Of a stretch of 61,935 nucleotides of DNA, positions 18,416 through 28,347 are shown piece by piece. The stretch is from the IMG/VR virus record IMGVR_UViG_3300044724_001247, positions 1 through 61,935 of that record, one strand, 5' to 3'. A model generated the notes under the pieces. That model saw only the letters and a list, made by a program, of their open reading frames with translations. It did not search any database and was not told the origin of the DNA. The position numbers and the translations under genes are program-made. The stretch comes from a virus (lineage: Duplodnaviria > Caudoviricetes). The stretch's first letter is position 1, and each line of letters starts with the position of its first letter.

Positions 18416-19218
18416 TGTTACTATACAGATGTCAACCAATCAGTTCTGATCAGAACCTCATCGTGAATCTTGGCAGGAAGAGACAACTGTTCAATGCCGT
18501 CTCGGAAGGTCTGTCTAGTTATAAGAAGAAGAGTTTGCATCCAAACGATCATACATCTCTGATAACCGATGCATCAGTGCTTGCTGGTTTGATATCTTTA
18601 TCAGGATACGAAAATGTCCTTGTGGTAACCTCATTCGTTGATAAAGACTACGAAAATGTTGTGAAGAATCACCGACCTCACAAGAGTGCGGGCGACCATC
18701 TCTTACCGATAGTTCATGAGATAGTGCAAGCCAAAAGCAACATGTATGTGACCAAGGTAAAGAATTCTGTGAATTGGTTCGACTCAATATACGAGTCAAC
18801 TGGCGTCAAGACATTAGACGTTGACGCACCATTCAAATTAGACGGTGATTTCAAAATCAAGACCGACATTAAATTTGATGCTGTAGTTCTGTTGGGGTGT
18901 GATGCATATAAGAAGGGCAAGTTCCAAGTAGCTGATGTCAAGAGCAAGTTCGCTCGATATTGCACTCCAGAGTTTGATATGATTGATGTGTATCGACACG
19001 GCAACGACAACAGAAAGCTTTCCGGTAGACGAAAAAACAACACTACGATTGCTGCGTCGATGTTTCAGTCAGTCAACACTCCTAAGAAAATTATAGATAA
19101 GACTACTCGCAACCAAGTTCGAGATGAACTTGAAATGCCTAATATGAGAAGCATTATTTTATATAACAGACTTGCGGTCAATGTCATCGATATTGATAAG
19201 TGGTATAGGGTATACTAA
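18415..19218 (+). CDS. Hypothetical protein, basic paralog of 19218-20063
   Basis: TAATG coupling; motifs shared with the next gene. Confidence 0.75.
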   Translation: MLLYRCQPISSDQNLIVNLGRKRQLFNAVSEGLSSYKKKSLHPNDHTSLITDASVLAGLISLSGYENVLVVTSFVDKDYENVVKNHRPHKSAGDHLLPIVHEIVQAKSNMYVTKVKNSVNWFDSIYESTGVKTLDVDAPFKLDGDFKIKTDIKFDAVVLLGCDAYKKGKFQVADVKSKFARYCTPEFDMIDVYRHGNDNRKLSGRRKNNTTIAASMFQSVNTPKKIIDKTTRNQVRDELEMPNMRSIILYNRLAVNVIDIDKWYRVY

Positions 19219-20063
19219 TGTACGATACAATGTACAGCATTATCACCGGAGTAAATGACAATGGTTCGTATCAGGTTTCACTGATCCCCGAAGAAAACGA
19301 CTATGTGTTCAGACGCCTTGTCCGTGATCGAATAACGTCATATACAGACGAACTCCTGACAGACAAGATTCTTGGGACTGAGCGACACATTCCACAATCA
19401 ATCCTACTCAATAACATCTTGAGCGCCAAACAGTATCAGAATGTTTTGTTTGTCCCATCATTTCGGAATGCTTTGTTTCCTAGGCTGCTTGACGAGTCGT
19501 ACATTCTGAATGTTCCGAATGTAAACTACCACATGATGCCGTGCACCAACAAGTATTACGAACTACCTCCAAACATTTGGGTTGCATATCCAGACGGCCA
19601 CACAAGTTTGTACCATGATCTGATGGATGGATTTGGTGTAAATTTTTGTATGTCCAATGGAATGTACACCATGGGAGATTCAAACTATGAAGTCACGGCT
19701 CCTGACGGAGTAGAGTTTGACTGCGTGTATCTGGCAGGACACCCCATGCCTTCGGAAGACACATACTTTAATGCCGAAGATATCAAGAATGACTTTGCTG
19801 CGATCTGCACGCCAGACTTTGATCTACACGATGTGCGTAGACGCTCATTATATAAAGAAGAATACAATAGAGGAAATCCTTATCTGGATGATGTTGAAGC
19901 TCCACCTAGAATAGTGGGCGAGACAAAGGACATGACCGATGTGTTCTCGTATGTATTAGAAAATACATTGAGACCCGATTTTCATAACGACGAACTGTTG
20001 ACCAAAATGTTCACTGGTCGTAAAATGTTACCCCACTTTCAAAAATCATACAAGGTATATTAA
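19218..20063 (+). CDS. Hypothetical protein, acidic paralog of 18415-19218
   Basis: TAATG coupling; shared NVL.V.SF, FD.V.L.G, CTP.FD and Y.VY motifs. Confidence 0.75.
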   Translation: MYDTMYSIITGVNDNGSYQVSLIPEENDYVFRRLVRDRITSYTDELLTDKILGTERHIPQSILLNNILSAKQYQNVLFVPSFRNALFPRLLDESYILNVPNVNYHMMPCTNKYYELPPNIWVAYPDGHTSLYHDLMDGFGVNFCMSNGMYTMGDSNYEVTAPDGVEFDCVYLAGHPMPSEDTYFNAEDIKNDFAAICTPDFDLHDVRRRSLYKEEYNRGNPYLDDVEAPPRIVGETKDMTDVFSYVLENTLRPDFHNDELLTKMFTGRKMLPHFQKSYKVY

Positions 20064-20064
20064 G

Positions 20065-20745
20065 ATGATTAAGTTCAAGAAATTCATGGTCGAGGGTGTA
20101 GATGACCCCGCAATCTTCAAGGCAGTATTCCTTGCGGGTGGGCCTGGATCTGGCAAATCTTTCATTGTCGGTAAGACGGGTCTGCCTGCTCTTGGATTAA
20201 AGGTGGTCAACTCTGACGATGCGTATGAAGCCGCTATGAAGAAAGCGGGAATGGAAATGTCTCCTGAGAATATCTTCTCTGTTCAAGGTCAAGACATCCG
20301 TGGTAAAGCAAAGGCTCTCACTGGTAAAAGACAAGCACGATACCTCATGGGTAGGCTCGGTGTTGTTATTGATGGTACTGGTAAAGACTTTGCTAAGGTC
20401 AAGAAGCAAACCGAGTCGATGAAGGCACTAGGTTACGATGTCGCAATGATCTTCGTAAACACCGACCTTGATACTGCCATCGCACGAGATAAGGCACGTG
20501 ACCGTACTATCGGTGAGAAAGAAGTAACCAAGTACTGGAAAGAAGTTCAACGAAATATTGGTGCATTCCAGACCATGTTTGGAAAGAAGAACATGTTGAT
20601 CGTAGATAACTCAAATGGTAAAGACTACCAGAAAGAGACACTACGCGCATATCGTGACATCAAGAAGTTCTTAGACAAAGAACCAGAAAATGCCAAAGCG
20701 AAGGCATGGATCAAGAAGGAAAGGGAAAAGAAGAGGAGAGACTAG
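20065..20745 (+). CDS. P-loop kinase (zeta-toxin/AAA_33-like) with putative capsid-targeting N-terminus
   Basis: Walker A GGPGSGKS; VNSDD; VIDGTG; N-terminal MIKFKKFMVE. Confidence 0.8.
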   Translation: MIKFKKFMVEGVDDPAIFKAVFLAGGPGSGKSFIVGKTGLPALGLKVVNSDDAYEAAMKKAGMEMSPENIFSVQGQDIRGKAKALTGKRQARYLMGRLGVVIDGTGKDFAKVKKQTESMKALGYDVAMIFVNTDLDTAIARDKARDRTIGEKEVTKYWKEVQRNIGAFQTMFGKKNMLIVDNSNGKDYQKETLRAYRDIKKFLDKEPENAKAKAWIKKEREKKRRD

Positions 20746-20753
20746 CTCTCCTC
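20733..20753. terminator. Probable bidirectional terminator hairpin between convergent operons
   Basis: GAGGAGAG-ACTAG-CTCTCCTC, pyrimidine-rich tails on both strands. Confidence 0.6.
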
Positions 20754-20760
20754 GTTCCTT

Positions 20761-20961
20761 TTACATATCTCGTTTTTCCCAGACGGTATTGGCCGTCAGA
20801 AACATGAGAACTGCTCCTGCCAAGAAACTGAAAGGCGCATTGTAGTAGACACCAATCACGACTTCAAATGCGCCGAGGATCAACCCCAGTTCATATTTCC
20901 AACCGTCCCAAAAATCCAAGAAACTGTCCCACAGTACTCTAAGTTTTAGTTTCCAGTCCAT
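20761..20961 (-). CDS. Small membrane protein (2 TM)
   Basis: Hydrophobic segments; GGAGGAG SD. Confidence 0.7.
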   Translation of the reverse strand: MDWKLKLRVLWDSFLDFWDGWKYELGLILGAFEVVIGVYYNAPFSFLAGAVLMFLTANTVWEKRDM

Positions 20962-20969
20962 AACTCCTC

Positions 20970-21602
20970 CTATGCAACTTTACGGGCTACTGAGATCTCG
21001 ACATTTTCGGGGATCTCAATCTTGATATTGTCATGAGAGTGATGTAAGACAAACTTTGTGTTCGGAAACTCATTGAACATATTAGTCCAGATAGGTCTCC
21101 AATTGTTTGCCAGTCTCACCGTGTTTGGTGTAGACCGATCACTCTCTAACAATAGATCGGTAAAACTCTCTAGGTTCATATCAAAGATGCTGTCGAATCC
21201 ATAGATGTGAACTTCTTCGGCCTTCATCTTGTTACACGCATAATGAACTGCCATGTGACCACAGTTGAAGTTGGTCGCAGCCATACGCACATCACCATTC
21301 ACCGCTGCGTACTTGGGGATGTATTCATAGAATCCCTTGATCAGATGCGAATACCTCATGTAGAATGTTCCAGACTTTTCCATCCAGACCTTGGGTCTGG
21401 TGCCTAGAATCCAGTCATACATGTCTAGTTGAATATGTCCTTCCTGCAATGCCTTCATCATCTTGAAGTCTACCATGCAAGTAGCATAGACTTCGTTCCT
21501 TGGAATGGCAAAAGGAGGCATATTGCAAATTAATAGTTTACCGGCCGTGCCTCGCTTGAAGATACCAGCATTGTGACCGTTACCCAGAACATTCACTCTC
21601 AT
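20970..21602 (-). CDS. Rossmann-like protein resembling sialyltransferase/Maf-type (DUF115) glycosyltransferases
   Basis: VNVLGNG, ICN, NCGHMAVHYA and VHIYGFD motifs. Confidence 0.55.
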   Translation of the reverse strand: MRVNVLGNGHNAGIFKRGTAGKLLICNMPPFAIPRNEVYATCMVDFKMMKALQEGHIQLDMYDWILGTRPKVWMEKSGTFYMRYSHLIKGFYEYIPKYAAVNGDVRMAATNFNCGHMAVHYACNKMKAEEVHIYGFDSIFDMNLESFTDLLLESDRSTPNTVRLANNWRPIWTNMFNEFPNTKFVLHHSHDNIKIEIPENVEISVARKVA

Positions 21603-22009
21603 AACTGCACAAGTTCCCTATTCTCAAGATGTTGTTCTTCGATGTCATCCTTAGATTGACCCATGTAACGCACCGCATGGTGTTTCTCAATCATGTACTC
21701 ATTGACGGACTTGTCAGCGTAGTTTGTGGTTCGCCAGAGTTCACCAAGGATACGACCAAACTTACCCTTACCGTCTTTATGGGTCTTCAACGTGATCCCG
21801 TTAGGATCATCTAACAGTCCAATCAAAAAGTCCTTTGCAGCCAGACCATACTTCTTTTCTTCAAGATCACGAGTACGAGATTCCGGCGTGTCGATACCAT
21901 ACATACGAATACGTTGGTTTTGCATCCACACACCAAATCCTAAGTCGATGTCAACGTCTACTGTGTCACCGTCAACGACTCTACGAACAATGCAACGATA
22001 CTCAAACAT
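21599..22009 (-). CDS. Thermonuclease (staphylococcal nuclease family)
   Basis: RVVDGDTVD..RIRMYGIDTPE..GKFGRIL. Confidence 0.92.
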   Translation of the reverse strand: MFEYRCIVRRVVDGDTVDVDIDLGFGVWMQNQRIRMYGIDTPESRTRDLEEKKYGLAAKDFLIGLLDDPNGITLKTHKDGKGKFGRILGELWRTTNYADKSVNEYMIEKHHAVRYMGQSKDDIEEQHLENRELVQL

Positions 22010-22199
22010 CTAACACCCTAATAACACCAAGTTTATCCTCTGCCTCAGCAATCTTCGCCACCTGAGTCTCCACAGCCTCTACGATATCAGGGTGTTCCCC
22101 AATACCAGCTGCGTTCTGTATATACACTTGAATGTTCGCCTTTGCCATCGCAACTTCACCTTCAAGTTTCTTCTCAAGTGCTGCCAGTAAAAAATTCAT
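22002..22199 (-). CDS. Conserved hypothetical protein
   Basis: AKANIQVY..GIGEHPDI. Confidence 0.75.
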   Translation of the reverse strand: MNFLLAALEKKLEGEVAMAKANIQVYIQNAAGIGEHPDIVEAVETQVAKIAEAEDKLGVIRVLDV

Positions 22200-22849
22200 G
22201 TCATTTGTTTCCTTATGGTTTTCTTTCCCTTCATCCCAGTATGATGTATGATCTTAGGATTCTTTACATCTATACCATCTATGTAGTCTAGTCGTAAGGT
22301 ATTATATGTGTGCGGAAGAGGATTGATACATGTCAATTTCTTCAACTCATCACCACCCATCATTAGATACAATACTTCTTGGTCTCCCTGTACAGGATCA
22401 CGAATACACTCGTCAGCCCATGCTCGTAGTATGTTCGGTGTATCCTCAACCAATACCACACCAGAGTTATACCAGTCACCCAGATCGTTTCTGCGAGCAG
22501 ACCATGGTCTGTCTTTGACCATACCCAATCGACCTTGATCCGATAACTTGAATATCTCAGAGATGTCCGATGTTACCTCACAGTCGGTATCAATCCAACA
22601 GGTCTTCTCTACACCATCAAGTCTGGAGGCATCTAGGATAGCACGAGGTTTCTTGAACCATCCTTTTGCTGTACTCTTGACCTCAATCACTAGATTGAAA
22701 TTGCTCTCCGCGAACTCAAGGCCTTCACTACTCATACCGAAGTCAGCACATACTATTGGAGTACTGTTATGAGCCTTGTACTTCTCAATGAACCAAGGTA
22801 ACTGCCACTCAGTATTGACATCACAACCTGTCAGAAATATATTAGACAT
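22196..22849 (-). CDS. GT-A glycosyltransferase (GT8/GT77-like)
   Basis: WFKKP, WIDTD (DxD), YNSGVV, GDQEVL, IIHHTG. Confidence 0.8.
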   Translation of the reverse strand: MSNIFLTGCDVNTEWQLPWFIEKYKAHNSTPIVCADFGMSSEGLEFAESNFNLVIEVKSTAKGWFKKPRAILDASRLDGVEKTCWIDTDCEVTSDISEIFKLSDQGRLGMVKDRPWSARRNDLGDWYNSGVVLVEDTPNILRAWADECIRDPVQGDQEVLYLMMGGDELKKLTCINPLPHTYNTLRLDYIDGIDVKNPKIIHHTGMKGKKTIRKQMT

Positions 22850-23489
22850 CGATTATCGCATACCCATCTTTATAGTTGTGTTTGGCGAGGCATCCTCGTT
22901 CTACTTGGATCGTGGTGAAACTATCATCTGCACGAGCAACAAAGGGATAATACTCTTGTAACCAAGGGAAGGTATCTAGATGCATGTACACATCAGTTGG
23001 TTTCGCATACAGACCAGCATTCTCTACCAATAGTTGGGCACCAGCCGGAGTGACCATGTACGCATGAGCGCCCGGAAAGTATCTCTTGGTGGTGAGAGGA
23101 TTGACCCCCATGAGACTAGGAGTATTCCACTTACCATATGACGGCGCACCAATGTTCATCACGTATCGGAAGTGAACACTAGGAATCGGATTATCCAAGA
23201 TGGCATCATGTTCAAAGATGGCAAAGGTATCCGTTCCCTCGGCACACTGTTTCCACAGAGTGTAGTGCGAGAGGAATGCAGCCATACAGTTTAGGTTGCG
23301 AGAGTATACCTCGTCAAATCTATCGGGATCGATACCCTCTTTCTCCAACATCGATACCGGATCATTCTTGGGAGTAACGGCATTGAACATTCGGATCTTT
23401 GCGCCGACACGATCACCACTCCACATACATCTCTCCGCTGCACGTAGAGATTTTTCATTATCTGCTATACCGATTACAAACGCTTTCAT
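22842..23489 (-). CDS. Glycosyltransferase family 25
   Basis: FNAVTP, FLSHYTLW, IFEHDA, GAHAYMVTPAGA. Confidence 0.85.
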   Translation of the reverse strand: MKAFVIGIADNEKSLRAAERCMWSGDRVGAKIRMFNAVTPKNDPVSMLEKEGIDPDRFDEVYSRNLNCMAAFLSHYTLWKQCAEGTDTFAIFEHDAILDNPIPSVHFRYVMNIGAPSYGKWNTPSLMGVNPLTTKRYFPGAHAYMVTPAGAQLLVENAGLYAKPTDVYMHLDTFPWLQEYYPFVARADDSFTTIQVERGCLAKHNYKDGYAIIDV

Positions 23490-23686
23490 ACCAAAAAGTT
23501 TACTTGACTCGAATTTGTGGTGGTGGTTATTTTCCCGTTATGATCATATGTAGTCACGGTATAAGTCGTTTGTTGAATCTTGTGTTGTCCGTCAGGCGCA
23601 CGATTTACCCGTTCAACCGTATATGTCTGATCTGACATACGGGGCAGATGTGATACCGGAGGTATTGTGTTATTATTTTCTATCAT
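23486..23686 (-). CDS. Hypothetical protein
   Basis: ATGA overlaps at both ends; likely start MIENN. Confidence 0.55.
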   Translation of the reverse strand: MIENNNTIPPVSHLPRMSDQTYTVERVNRAPDGQHKIQQTTYTVTTYDHNGKITTTTNSSQVNFLV

Positions 23687-24402
23687 TTCGTTGTGGTTGA
23701 TTTCAACCCTCGTTGTATTGTGGTGTAGTATGGGTAAACTACTCGTAACCAAGGAAACAGTTGTTTACACATCAGTGCATCGTTAGGCCACATGCCAATC
23801 TCTTTGACCTTATTTAGTAATTTCTTTGCCGCATTGGGTGATATCAGATATGCAGAGTTACCTGCCAATCCTTGGGGAACCTCCCACGTATCAACATCCG
23901 GTACAGGCTGAACTCCCATCTGAGAGCTCACCTTGTTATGAAATACATCCGATCTTCGAGTTGCACCTCGTGGATCATTGAGACCTATTATACCACCCTT
24001 CCATTGATCTGTCAAGTCACTTGTCGCAAACTTTCTAGTGAACAAGGCGTCATGTTCTAGGACAACAATTGGATCATTGCCCTCAGCACACATCTTCCAG
24101 CATCTCATGTGGGAGATCATACACGCCACACGATTGGCATGATTCTTAGTTTCATAATGACGAAGATGTAGACCCGTGTTGAGATCAAGACCGTCTTGTT
24201 CTGGCTTGATCGGGTACGTCCACCTCGTCTCGGGCATATCCAGACACTTCAGACCCTCATCAATAGTCGAGGGGATAGTCGCGGGTAGTATGATCGGTTC
24301 TAGTTCAGACTTGGTCTTTTTGATAGACTCAATAACCATCCGTGTGGCGACAGTCGCCTCGTGATTATTTACTAGACTGATTATGAAGGCTTTGGTCAAC
24401 AT
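23683..24402 (-). CDS. Glycosyltransferase family 25
   Basis: ACMISHMRCW, VLEHDA, SAYLISPNAAKKLL. Confidence 0.85.
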   Translation of the reverse strand: MLTKAFIISLVNNHEATVATRMVIESIKKTKSELEPIILPATIPSTIDEGLKCLDMPETRWTYPIKPEQDGLDLNTGLHLRHYETKNHANRVACMISHMRCWKMCAEGNDPIVVLEHDALFTRKFATSDLTDQWKGGIIGLNDPRGATRRSDVFHNKVSSQMGVQPVPDVDTWEVPQGLAGNSAYLISPNAAKKLLNKVKEIGMWPNDALMCKQLFPWLRVVYPYYTTIQRGLKSTTTK

Positions 24403-25198
24403 CTTTCACATACTCCCATCGAGCAGACAAATAACAACCACCATGATAACTCTTATGATAATATCCAAAGGGCTCAGATAGTATTTGATACCAACCCTCT
24501 TCTGCACTCTTTAGTTCTTTGTTCTTATATAGAGAATCCACTAAATCGGTATCCCAGCAATCTCTGGGGTGGATGATCAGGGCATCATTGATGTAGTAGG
24601 TGGTTTCCTTACCCATCGGTTTTAGTTCGTTAAACTTGTGGGTGCCATAGTAGTTCATGCAGTTGAATCCAATAGGCATATCTTTATCATATGATTCTTG
24701 GATCAATTCACCCCACGGAATCTGATCTGAGACCACCACATCAAAACGAGTACGGATGATCATGTCATACTCATCAGGTATAGACTTCATCATCTCGTTA
24801 TGGATCAAGAGTTGTTTGTGCCAGTTCGCACATGCGTGTGCGTGTACTAGTTGACTGTTGGTATATACGGTATCATCCAGTCCGACAGCATACCGCATCT
24901 TAGATATTCTCTCCCTCTCCAACATATGAGGAAAAATATCTCGTCGTAACTCACTAGCAGAATCAGGATAGGCTTCAGTATCAAAGACAGGATGATACTC
25001 ATTCTTGGGTTCATCAAAGTAGAAGTCGGGTGAGAACCCGACCTGTTTCATGTTTACCTCACCATAGAGACCATATATTTGATTACTCCACGTTCCGGTG
25101 TAAGTCTTGTCGTGAGGCACATGTTTCTGAGTACGCTCTATCCACTTGGGATGGCAGTGTTCGTTCCACCTACCAGATAAACATAGTGCAACCTTCAT
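24365..25198 (-). CDS. Putative glycosyltransferase-like protein
   Basis: MKVALCLSG, YDMIIRTRFD, IND; paralog of 32142-33011. Confidence 0.6.
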   Translation of the reverse strand: MKVALCLSGRWNEHCHPKWIERTQKHVPHDKTYTGTWSNQIYGLYGEVNMKQVGFSPDFYFDEPKNEYHPVFDTEAYPDSASELRRDIFPHMLERERISKMRYAVGLDDTVYTNSQLVHAHACANWHKQLLIHNEMMKSIPDEYDMIIRTRFDVVVSDQIPWGELIQESYDKDMPIGFNCMNYYGTHKFNELKPMGKETTYYINDALIIHPRDCWDTDLVDSLYKNKELKSAEEGWYQILSEPFGYYHKSYHGGCYLSARWEYVKDVDQSLHNQSSK

Positions 25199-25201
25199 AT
25201 A

Positions 25202-26542
25202 CTATCCAGTAGAGAATAGGTATCTTTCCAGATCTTCAGGAGTCCCTAATCCCCACATCTGTTCCGCTTCATACATATGAATTTTCTTGTTGTCTTCAAT
25301 GGCCTGATTGAATACGGGACAGACATAGAACTCACCGTTGACCCTCTCATCAGATTCAATCATCTGGTTCGCATACTTCACATAGTCACTTCCACGTTTC
25401 CAATAGTAGAACCCCACAGTCGCATTGTCGCTGATAGGATTTTTCTCTGCGACCTTAGTAACCAATCCTTGATCGTCAGCCTTTGCATACGACCACTTGG
25501 GATGTGTTGCTTTGAAAGTAACAATGCCACCGTCAGCATTGTATTCGTTCATCTTATACATGAAATCCAGAGAACTCCAATCAGCATACTGATCAGAGTT
25601 GGCGATGAACAACGGGTTATCATTGTTGATATACTCTTCTGCAAGCAGAGTCGTACATGCAGCCCCTTCTGTGACACCATCAACCTCTACGAGTTTACAG
25701 TTGGGTGCGATCAATCCCAACATGGAATCTAGGTTGTACTTCTCACGGTGTTCCTTCTGTACTACAAAGATGTAGTTGGCATCCATACCGATGTTATCAA
25801 CCACTGTCTGAATCATAGGCTTACCGTTGACATCAATCAGTGGTTTGGGAAAGGTATATCCCGCATCAGCAAACCGACTACCCGCACCCGCCATAGGAAT
25901 CAAGACATTTAGTTTCTCGTCCTTCCATTTTGGTTTGATGATTCGATCCGCCTTGATCTTATCTACCAGAAAGATGTCAACTTCTTCGGGCGATGATACT
26001 CGGATGACATTTGCACCAGAGAGATATGCAGACTCCAGACCTGTTGGCGAGTCTTCGATGATGACCGTCTCTTCAGGTAGAACCCCGGCTCTAGACATCG
26101 CTTCCCAGTAGATCTCTGGGTGAGGTTTGGGGTTAGACACATCAGCACTTGACAATTTTACAGACAAATAAGGAGTCAATAACATTCGATCTAGTACATG
26201 GTCAACAGTCTTTTCGATGGCATTTGAACACACCCCAATCTTATATCCTTCTTCTTTCAACTGCAAAAACAGATCTAAGATATCCTCATTACGCTTCACA
26301 TAACGCAATGAAACCCAAGTATAGTTTTGCTTATCAGTGAAGATCTTGTCTTGCAACTCGTCTGGAATACCCATCATATCCAACTTCCGCTTAGTAGTCA
26401 GACCGTCATACTTGATGGTATGTTCGTGTTCACCCAGTTCACTATAACCATTTTCAACCAATGCGTGGTTCAATGACTCGAAATGAATTTTCTTGGTATC
26501 AACCAGAACACCGTCCAAATCAAACAGAACCAGTTTAATCAT
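25202..26542 (-). CDS. HAD phosphatase fused to a sugar-phosphate nucleotidyltransferase
   Basis: FDLDGVLVD, KPHPEIY, IEDS; then IPMAGAGSRF..PKPLI..VAEKNPIS..GEFYV. Confidence 0.88.
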   Translation of the reverse strand: MIKLVLFDLDGVLVDTKKIHFESLNHALVENGYSELGEHEHTIKYDGLTTKRKLDMMGIPDELQDKIFTDKQNYTWVSLRYVKRNEDILDLFLQLKEEGYKIGVCSNAIEKTVDHVLDRMLLTPYLSVKLSSADVSNPKPHPEIYWEAMSRAGVLPEETVIIEDSPTGLESAYLSGANVIRVSSPEEVDIFLVDKIKADRIIKPKWKDEKLNVLIPMAGAGSRFADAGYTFPKPLIDVNGKPMIQTVVDNIGMDANYIFVVQKEHREKYNLDSMLGLIAPNCKLVEVDGVTEGAACTTLLAEEYINNDNPLFIANSDQYADWSSLDFMYKMNEYNADGGIVTFKATHPKWSYAKADDQGLVTKVAEKNPISDNATVGFYYWKRGSDYVKYANQMIESDERVNGEFYVCPVFNQAIEDNKKIHMYEAEQMWGLGTPEDLERYLFSTG

Positions 26543-27066
26543 CGTTTCTTACCAATAAACACATGATCCTTCCACCGTGCGGATCGTTGTTCCCAATTAC
26601 CATTATCTATGTAATCCAGTACTACCTTCAGATCACACTCCTCTGCGATTGCTTTGAAGGAGTCATCCATGAACCTCCAGCAGTCGATACTGTCATGTCT
26701 CGGGCCAGTAGACGGTGCAATCAGAATGATATGACAACCCGTCTTGAGAACTCGCGTCATCTCAGCCACACTGCGGAAAGGATTCTTTACATGTTCAAGA
26801 GTCTGTCCACTTACAACCAAATCAACAGACTCATCTTCCAATGGGATTGTGTATGGGCCTGGCATCGGCAGATCTACATTGACCCCCGCTTCCAGATCCG
26901 CGATTAGATACTCTGATGCAATGTCCTGCCAGATAGGGCGGTAAGACCTGTCCTTCTCGAAAGTCAAGGCGCGGCCGCCAACATCAAGAATCTTGAGATT
27001 GTCATTGGTCTCGAACTTCAAATGTTCTCGACACTTCTTCATGTTTGCTATTGACGATGGATGCAC
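26539..27066 (-). CDS. Class I SAM-dependent methyltransferase
   Basis: ILDVGG, DLVVSGQTLEHV, RVLK, DCWRF. Confidence 0.88.
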   Translation of the reverse strand: MHPSSIANMKKCREHLKFETNDNLKILDVGGRALTFEKDRSYRPIWQDIASEYLIADLEAGVNVDLPMPGPYTIPLEDESVDLVVSGQTLEHVKNPFRSVAEMTRVLKTGCHIILIAPSTGPRHDSIDCWRFMDDSFKAIAEECDLKVVLDYIDNGNWEQRSARWKDHVFIGKKR

Positions 27067-27067
27067 A

Positions 27068-27667
27068 TCAGACCCCTATACTAAATTGAATGTCGCCGTG
27101 ACGCTTCTTGAATAGACCTTCAGTTCTACAGAACTCATCCACAGCTCGAGTCACACCGTCTTTGCCCCAACGTGTATCGCCCCACTTGTAGTCATCTCCA
27201 AGTATGAGTCCGCCCCACTTCACGACCTTCAGTGCATTACGCAAGTCGCGCAAGCACCCGTCATACGAGTGATCACCATCAACATAGATCCAGTCGAACT
27301 TTCTTTCAGTGAAAGTATCGAACCACTGATCGGAACTCATCCGGTGAATAGTGACTCGTTTATCTGCTCCGACACCAGTTCTGACTTCCTCATAGACATT
27401 GTCATAATATTGTTGAAAGTCTTTCTCCGTGCCACCACCACACATCTTTGAGTATCGTTCAAGATAGTTCTCGTATGTGCCGTGTTCGTCGGATTCTTTA
27501 TACGGTTCAATACTCCATGCGTCAATTAGATGAAGTTCCTTCACGCCCCGTTTCAAAAATCCTTTGGAGGAGTTCCCGTACCAAACTCCGATTTCAGCTC
27601 CAACAGAGTCTTTTTTGATTAGACCCATGATGTTTCGAGCGTCCCGATTGACTTGTGTCCCCATCAT
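27068..27667 (-). CDS. SAM-dependent O-methyltransferase (Methyltransf_24-like)
   Basis: GAEIGVWYG, DWIYVDGDHSY, GGLILGDDY. Confidence 0.88.
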   Translation of the reverse strand: MMGTQVNRDARNIMGLIKKDSVGAEIGVWYGNSSKGFLKRGVKELHLIDAWSIEPYKESDEHGTYENYLERYSKMCGGGTEKDFQQYYDNVYEEVRTGVGADKRVTIHRMSSDQWFDTFTERKFDWIYVDGDHSYDGCLRDLRNALKVVKWGGLILGDDYKWGDTRWGKDGVTRAVDEFCRTEGLFKKRHGDIQFSIGV

Positions 27668-28347
27668 TTCCAGTAGTTCCTCTTCGCTTCTGTATCAAAA
27701 TCAAACCCCCAATGATCAATATCTTTCTGATACCAGTCAGCGACAATTTGGGTTGTCTTATCCGTATAATAGTCTTTATATGTAGACTGTTTATAACCCG
27801 TCACGTTTCGAGGTTGTGGATTGAAGAGTACGCCCAGATACAGTTTGATATCATCACTATAGTGTTCAAAGCGAAGGATATCACACCTCACCTTACCATC
27901 CTCATCTGAGACATAATCGAAGGCAGGATACCAACCACGGATTGCACGGTGCCAGAAGAACTCCTTACCACCCCACTCATGTCGAGTCTCAAGGAAGGCC
28001 TCGAAGGATGAACAATCGATGTAGTCTTCTTCACCGTAATGATCAGACTCTTTCTCCCTATAGATTACTTTTCTCGCAAACTCATATCGGGACACCACCC
28101 GACTCCACGGGTTGCGAACAATAGCAAACGCACGATTGTTTTCTCGAATGTCCTTGTTCCAGTCTCTCCACCGTGCATGTTCATTGCCCTCGTGTTCACC
28201 ATTCTCTTTCATGACCTGATGCATTTCTTTGGTGTAGCGAGGGCTGATGTGATTGTCCGGTGTCGCAATCAAGCACTTCTTGCGTAATTCTGGATTACGC
28301 CTGATAGTCATCCCACCATTCTTAGGGATGTGAACGAATATCTTCAT
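27664..28347 (-). CDS. Sulfotransferase family 2
   Basis: FVHIPKNGGMTI (5'-PSB) and VRNPWSRVVS (3'-PB). Confidence 0.88.
   Translation of the reverse strand: MKIFVHIPKNGGMTIRRNPELRKKCLIATPDNHISPRYTKEMHQVMKENGEHEGNEHARWRDWNKDIRENNRAFAIVRNPWSRVVSRYEFARKVIYREKESDHYGEEDYIDCSSFEAFLETRHEWGGKEFFWHRAIRGWYPAFDYVSDEDGKVRCDILRFEHYSDDIKLYLGVLFNPQPRNVTGYKQSTYKDYYTDKTTQIVADWYQKDIDHWGFDFDTEAKRNYWK

Noticed and set aside
20065-20745. Zeta toxin of a toxin-antitoxin pair
   Set aside because: Only the generic P-loop kinase fold is supported; no recognisable epsilon antitoxin, and the context is a late virion operon
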